A DNA stretch of 3,767 bases from Escherichia coli (GTDB lineage Bacteria; Pseudomonadota; Gammaproteobacteria; Enterobacterales; Enterobacteriaceae): assembly GCF_003334815.1 (NCBI RefSeq), contig NZ_QOWO01000080.1. One strand, written 5' to 3'. The notes under the pieces are model-generated. The model was given only the letters and a program-made list of their open reading frames with translations. It ran no database searches and was not told the DNA's origin. Below are positions 1-3,767 of the stretch, in pieces (within the stretch, counting starts at the first letter, position 1; each line of letters starts with the position of its first letter). The translations under genes and the position numbers were made by a program.

Positions 1-38
1 GGGGTTCCGTGGGCATTTCTGCGATAACACACGCTAAG
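1..38. repeat. Terminal inverted repeat (tnpA-proximal end), 38 bp: GGGGTTCCGTGGGCATTTCTGCGATAACACACGCTAAG
   Basis: It has the outer GGGG and inner ACGCTAAG typical of Tn3-family 38-bp IRs (compare Tn3 GGGG...ACGTTAAG). The tnpA stop codon (minus-strand TAG, plus 34-36) sits inside the IR, as is usual for this family. Its reverse complement matches 3751-3767. Confidence 0.85.
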
Positions 39-3000
39 GAAAAGTGAAGTTCTTTGGATTGAAGCGATTAGTACGAAGTGGCCTGTATCGTTCAAGGGGA
101 TGGTCAATTTCGTTCCACAGGTAATCTCCAGTGAGCGAGATATGACCCCATGGTAGTGGTGATACACTGGACAAGAGCTCTTCCGGTATAATGATCCCCT
201 GGTTGCGAATGTAATCAACAGCCCGACTGAGATAGACCGTGTTCCACAGAATTATTGCATTAACAACAAGGTTGAGGCCCGATGCCCTGTGAGCCATTGT
301 CTCGGCAGCCCTGTTCCGGAATTCGCCCAGTTGGTGAAGAAAAATAGCGCGGGCAAGTGCATGGCGGCTTTCGCCTTTGTTGAGGATTGCGTGTGATCTG
401 CGACGTAACCGAGTGTCAAGCAACCAGTCACAGATAAAAATTGAGCGTTCAATACGTCCCATTTCACGCAGGGCCAGATTGAGCCTGTTTTGTCTCGGAG
501 ATGCTGCCAGCTTTTTCAGTATTACCGATGGTGGTACCAGACCAGCGCCGATCGAGGCCTTAAGCCGCAGAACTTCATCCCAGTGCTGTTCTATTACTTC
601 CATTTTGGCCTTTCCGGCGATCAGGGCATCAAGTGGTTTATATTCCTCTGAGGGTGAAATAACGTACAACCTGCGACTGCCGAGGTTGCGAATACGGGGT
701 ATGAGTCTGTAACCAAAAGAGTGAAACATTGAAAATGTTGTTTCAGTCGCACCGGCTGTATCGGTGGCATGCTCATGAATTACCACAGAACTTTCGTTAT
801 GAAGTAAGCCGTCAAGTACGTAGGGAGCCTCGCTTTCAGAGGCCTGAATCATTCTGGAAAAAAAGGATGCAAAACGGTTCGATAAAAAACCATAAATCGA
901 CGCGCCAGGTCGTTTGCCGTATTTGGCGTTATATTCGAGGCTGGCTTCTCCTCGTCCACCCGCAGGAAAAAACTGCCCGTCCGAGGATGACACATGCCCA
1001 TCCCCCCATATAGCAGCAAAAGGATGTTCCTGTTGCGCATCGACCAGAACTGATGTGGCAGACGCATAGGTTTCAGTGCGTAAATGACGATCCATCATTA
1101 CCATCATCTGGTGAATGGTGACACCCCGGGAACTCTGCGCCATCCGTTCTGCTCCCGCATTCGTCGCATCGGCAAGGATCGCAGCCATAAGTGCAGCTTC
1201 ATCTTCCGCCTGTTCCCCGGTGCGATAATGGGTGAAACAATCAAGAAAACTGGTCCAGCTATGAACTTCTGCCAGCAAACTGGTAATTCTGATGCGTGGT
1301 ACCAGCATGTAGAGTTTACGGCTGAGAGCCTTAATTTTGTCGCTCTCTTCTTCGCGAATCGGAGACACAGACAACCCTCTGCTGGAAAGTTCTGCATCGG
1401 GTATGGCATTCTCCGAAGCAGCTTTTGCCAGCGCTTTCAGTTTTGCGTTGAGTGTGGTGGTTCGCTCAGCCCGCCATTCAGCAAAGTTGTCCGGAATGGC
1501 AAGTCCCAGCCGGGATTCTGCCCGCATCTGCCCGAAAACATGGTGAGGAAGAAGGTAGTCCTCAAAACTACGCCAGGCCCGACTACCATCAACCCATATG
1601 TCACCTGTTTTCAGGCGTTCCCGCAAATGAACGAATACGGCGACTTCCCACGCCTGCAGATCGGTATTTTCTCCATGGATGACACGACGTCGCCATTTAT
1701 GGGACATAAAATCGAGCGGAATTTGTTTGGGTAATTTTCGGCCATGATAGAACGCCTGCAAATACCCAATCGCCAACAAAACGCTATCATCCGGGCGAAA
1801 AGCTCTGAAAGAAAAAGCGCTGAAAATGAGTCGTCCAAGCTTACGTAATGATTTTTGTCGTCCGATAAGTTCATCCAGTTCAGAACAGTGATGGGAAGAT
1901 GCCACCGAAGCTGCAGCCTCCATACTGGCAATCAAACCTTCCCAGCCGAGTGATGCTGTTATTACAGATTCAATATCAGTATTACCGTCACGTGCTGCCA
2001 GGAGAGCCCGTCCCAGCTTAATATGATCCTGAGCTACGACTTCAAGTACTTCAGCGGCTTTCAGACGACGCTCTTTCTGGCTTATCTCTGCTCTGCGCCT
2101 CGTGCTGCCAATCAATTTGCAGAACATATCAATTGCCAGATCTGTAATTGCTGCCTGCTTTTCAATAACAAAGGCTACCAGCGTGGCATGACGGCGTTCG
2201 GATGCCATTCGTTGTATTTCACGCGCATGTAAAACGCGAGAATCCCGGGCAATAATACCGTAACGGTTTACATGAATCCGTTTACGTTGCTCATCGGAGA
2301 TTGCCGCTGTTCGTAATACCTCCAGCCTGGCAATTAACCCCTTAAGATTCTTGAGTTTCACGCCTTCCGGCGCTTCAGCTATCCAGCCTAAAATGCTCTT
2401 TTCTCCGACTCGTTCGGTAAGCAACTGCTCGAGAGCGCTAATGGATGAAGGTTTCAGATCCCTGATGAGTTCCCGATAAGAAAGGCGACGGGCAGCCGCC
2501 CGGCCCGCCATTGCCAGACGGATGAGTTGTGCCGGAGCAGGGGCAAGTAACTTCTGGTCCTTCAGCTTATTGATAACTGCTCTGGTGATCGGCAGTCCTT
2601 TTTCGGTGGTTGCTGCTTCGCGTGTAGCCGCGATAATGAGCATTCTGTAATCGCTACTCCGGACGGAACGAAGCTCCAAAGCCGAAACTATTTCGCGGGC
2701 ATGTTCCCGGCGGGTTTCCTCACGTTGTGCGTAAAGTGTAAAAACAGCAGGGTCAATATCCAGTTGTTCCGCAACAACGGTGATAACAGCCTCCGGGGGA
2801 ATCTCTCCTGCACGCAGTGTACGACCGAGATCACGGACAAGTGCAAGCTGAATGGCAAAACCCAGACGGTTATGAGATCGACGATGAGTTCTGGCGAATG
2901 CAATATCCTCGCAGGAGAGCGAAAACCGGGGAAGTGCATCCTCATAAAGTTCAGGTAATCCAAAAAGCGTATCGTACGATTTAGCGTCGAGAAATGACAT
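34..3000 (-). CDS. tnpA: Tn3-family DDE transposase TnpA, 988 aa
   Basis: A single uninterrupted 2967-nt ORF ending inside the terminal IR. The N-terminus carries the NRLGFAIQL motif typical of Tn3-family TnpA. Candidate DDE triad: D674 (SSSDGQ, nt 979-981), D747 (HEHATDTAG, nt 760-762), E877 (NKGES, nt 370-372), with spacing 73/130 aa close to what I recall for Tn4430 TnpA. The ATG at 3000-2998 overlaps the tnpR 3' end. Confidence 0.95.
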   Translation of the reverse strand: MSFLDAKSYDTLFGLPELYEDALPRFSLSCEDIAFARTHRRSHNRLGFAIQLALVRDLGRTLRAGEIPPEAVITVVAEQLDIDPAVFTLYAQREETRREHAREIVSALELRSVRSSDYRMLIIAATREAATTEKGLPITRAVINKLKDQKLLAPAPAQLIRLAMAGRAAARRLSYRELIRDLKPSSISALEQLLTERVGEKSILGWIAEAPEGVKLKNLKGLIARLEVLRTAAISDEQRKRIHVNRYGIIARDSRVLHAREIQRMASERRHATLVAFVIEKQAAITDLAIDMFCKLIGSTRRRAEISQKERRLKAAEVLEVVAQDHIKLGRALLAARDGNTDIESVITASLGWEGLIASMEAAASVASSHHCSELDELIGRQKSLRKLGRLIFSAFSFRAFRPDDSVLLAIGYLQAFYHGRKLPKQIPLDFMSHKWRRRVIHGENTDLQAWEVAVFVHLRERLKTGDIWVDGSRAWRSFEDYLLPHHVFGQMRAESRLGLAIPDNFAEWRAERTTTLNAKLKALAKAASENAIPDAELSSRGLSVSPIREEESDKIKALSRKLYMLVPRIRITSLLAEVHSWTSFLDCFTHYRTGEQAEDEAALMAAILADATNAGAERMAQSSRGVTIHQMMVMMDRHLRTETYASATSVLVDAQQEHPFAAIWGDGHVSSSDGQFFPAGGRGEASLEYNAKYGKRPGASIYGFLSNRFASFFSRMIQASESEAPYVLDGLLHNESSVVIHEHATDTAGATETTFSMFHSFGYRLIPRIRNLGSRRLYVISPSEEYKPLDALIAGKAKMEVIEQHWDEVLRLKASIGAGLVPPSVILKKLAASPRQNRLNLALREMGRIERSIFICDWLLDTRLRRRSHAILNKGESRHALARAIFLHQLGEFRNRAAETMAHRASGLNLVVNAIILWNTVYLSRAVDYIRNQGIIIPEELLSSVSPLPWGHISLTGDYLWNEIDHPLERYRPLRTNRFNPKNFTFP

Positions 3001-3604
3001 TGCTCTGATCCGTTGTCAGATTACGCCCCCCAGGTCCGGCCCAGCCAATTCGTCGTAGAGTATCGGTGAGCGTTGAGCGTGGCACACTGAATGCGCGACA
3101 TACTGACGCTTTACTGGCACCTCCTTCCAGAGCTGCGAGGATTTGATCAACCTTTTCAGCATCTATCGCCGGTGGCCTTCCGCCTTTTCTCCCCCGCCGG
3201 AGAGCAGCAGCCAGACCAGCATTAACGCGTTCTGTGATAAGTGTTCTTTCGTACTCCGCGAGCGTGCCAAAAAGGTTAAAGAGGAACGAGCCGTGTGGCG
3301 TTGTTGTATCAATAGATTCAGTCAATGATCGGAAAGCAATACCACGAATTTTCAGGTCTTCAATAATTCGGAGCAAATGTGAGAGTGAACGACCAAGTCG
3401 ATCCAGTTTCCAGACTATCAGTACATCACCTTCGCGAAGTTCAGCGAGACAGGACTTAAGTCCCGGGCGATTATCACGAGCACCTGAAGCATGATCCTGA
3501 TGTAAATGCCGGGGATCCACTCCAGCAGCAATCAACGCATCACGCTGCAAAGAAACTGACTGACGTTCATCATTGCTTGATACCCGCATATAACCAATCA
3601 ACAT
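2981..3604 (-). CDS. tnpR: Serine recombinase (transposon resolvase TnpR) of the Gin/Hin/Pin invertase-like type, 207 aa from the ATG at 3604. The ORF track extends to a TTG at 3613, which is probably an overcall.
   Basis: The N-terminus MLIGYMRVSSND...LQRDAL closely matches Gin (MLIGYVRVSTNDQ...LQRNAL), placing the catalytic Ser at residue 9 (nt 3580-3578). Conserved blocks VWKLDRLGRS, FRSLTESIDTT and ERV-AGLAAA-RGR-GGRP are present, followed by a C-terminal HTH (RSTLTDTLRR). An AAGG Shine-Dalgarno sits about 10 nt upstream of the ATG at 3604. The stop is TAA at 2983-2981. Confidence 0.9.
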   Translation of the reverse strand: MLIGYMRVSSNDERQSVSLQRDALIAAGVDPRHLHQDHASGARDNRPGLKSCLAELREGDVLIVWKLDRLGRSLSHLLRIIEDLKIRGIAFRSLTESIDTTTPHGSFLFNLFGTLAEYERTLITERVNAGLAAALRRGRKGGRPPAIDAEKVDQILAALEGGASKASVCRAFSVPRSTLTDTLRRIGWAGPGGRNLTTDQSNVISRR

Positions 3605-3750
3605 GTACGACAAACCTTAAAATTGAAGTTTCCGTACAGTTTCTCATTCCGACAGGGTTTGTCACGCAAAAAATCACAGATTTATGGATTCAATTTTCTT
3701 CAACTGCAGGACCTGACGGAAAACAAGTGATTTCCGTCAGGGAGAAATCG
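3605..3750. promoter_or_regulatory. Putative res (resolution) site with embedded tnpR promoter/operator
   Basis: A ~146-bp non-coding region lies between the tnpR start and the right IR, where res sits in Tn21-type elements. It contains a perfect dyad at 3713-3740 and repeated TTCCG(N)CAG half-site-like motifs at 3630-3638 and 3649-3657. No clear sigma70 -35/-10 pair could be assigned. Confidence 0.55.
3713..3740. repeat. Perfect 28-bp dyad CTGACGGAAA-acaagtga-TTTCCGTCAG; candidate res subsite I (crossover site)
   Basis: 10-bp perfect inverted arms flank an 8-bp spacer. The 28-bp length equals a typical serine-resolvase site I. It lies at the tnpR-distal end of the res region, where site I sits in Tn21-type res. 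Confidence 0.5.
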
Positions 3751-3767
3751 CTTAGCGGGTGTTATCG
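3751..3767. repeat. Terminal inverted repeat (res-proximal end), truncated by the window; the inner 17 bp are visible
   Basis: The reverse complement of 3751-3767 is CGATAACACCCGCTAAG, against IR positions 22-38 CGATAACACACGCTAAG (16/17 identical). Orientation and position are right for the opposite transposon end. Confidence 0.8.

Larger units (their letters stand above)
1..3767 (-). mobile_element. Tn3-family transposon, near-complete: IR - tnpA - tnpR - res - IR, with the right IR truncated by the window end. No passenger genes.
   Basis: A 38-bp terminal IR at 1-38 has its inverted partner at 3751-3767 (16/17 matched over the visible part). Between them lie a 988-aa Tn3-type transposase and a 207-aa serine recombinase, both on the minus strand, plus a ~146-bp repeat-rich region between tnpR and the right IR. 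Confidence 0.9.

Noticed and set aside
252-1067. Several 70-111-aa ORFs on both strands (252-467 -, 377-712 +, 729-1013 +, 849-1067 -)
   Set aside because: All are nested in alternative frames or antisense within tnpA, and none has a recognisable domain signature or start context. They are treated as six-frame noise.
1084-1734. 216-aa ORF on the plus strand (plus overlapping ORFs at 1337-1546 and 1452-1682), antisense to tnpA
   Set aside because: It lies entirely within the well-supported tnpA coding region on the opposite strand. The translation is low-complexity with no recognisable motifs and no convincing RBS. Long antisense ORFs are expected by chance opposite a 3-kb gene.
2688-2963. 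Overlapping ORF pair (91 aa on minus, 85 aa on plus) near the 5' end of tnpA
   Set aside because: Both sit inside the tnpA N-terminal coding region, out of frame or antisense. The Cys-rich 85-aa translation looks like a frame artefact rather than a real zinc-binding protein.
3143-3494. Plus-strand ORFs of 61 aa and 86 aa antisense to tnpR
   Set aside because: They are fully contained in the recombinase gene on the opposite strand, and the translations are Ser/Arg-rich, typical of antisense reading of a coding region.
3604-3613. TTG start at 3613 extending TnpR by three residues (MSYMLIGY...)
   Set aside because: The ATG at 3604 gives an N-terminus (MLIGYMRVS) matching the invertase/resolvase family and has an AAGG Shine-Dalgarno at suitable spacing. 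The TTG would place that motif only 2 nt upstream.
3713-3740. The 28-bp perfect dyad read as a Rho-independent terminator
   Set aside because: The stem is not GC-rich and no U-tract follows. It lies upstream of tnpR in the expected res location, so a recombinase binding site explains it better.
2981-3767. Invertase-like recombinase as part of a phase-variation or invertible-segment (shufflon-type) switch
   Set aside because: The gene sits in the canonical resolvase position of a Tn3-family element, next to a res-like region and bounded by transposon IRs. No pair of inverted recombination sites flanking an invertible segment is visible in the window. This cannot be fully excluded without the flanking sequence.

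Overview
The window is almost entirely one compact Tn3-family replicative transposon, read on the minus strand: res site, serine recombinase (tnpR), DDE transposase (tnpA), with 38-bp terminal inverted repeats. The left IR starts exactly at position 1 and the right IR begins at 3751 and is cut off by the window end, so no flanking host DNA or target-site duplication is visible. There are no passenger genes (no resistance, toxin or defence cargo). The layout is res-tnpR-tnpA co-directional, as in the Tn21/Tn501 branch, with a 20-nt tnpR/tnpA overlap. The most notable points are that the recombinase looks like a Gin/Hin-type DNA invertase with a C-terminal extension rather than a canonical resolvase, and that the res region holds a perfect 28-bp dyad next to the right IR. 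I see no evidence of a novel multi-gene system; the element resembles small cryptic Tn3-family transposons (possibly Tn5403-like), which I cannot confirm without a database search. The other ORFs on the track lie inside tnpA or tnpR in other frames or antisense and are judged spurious.
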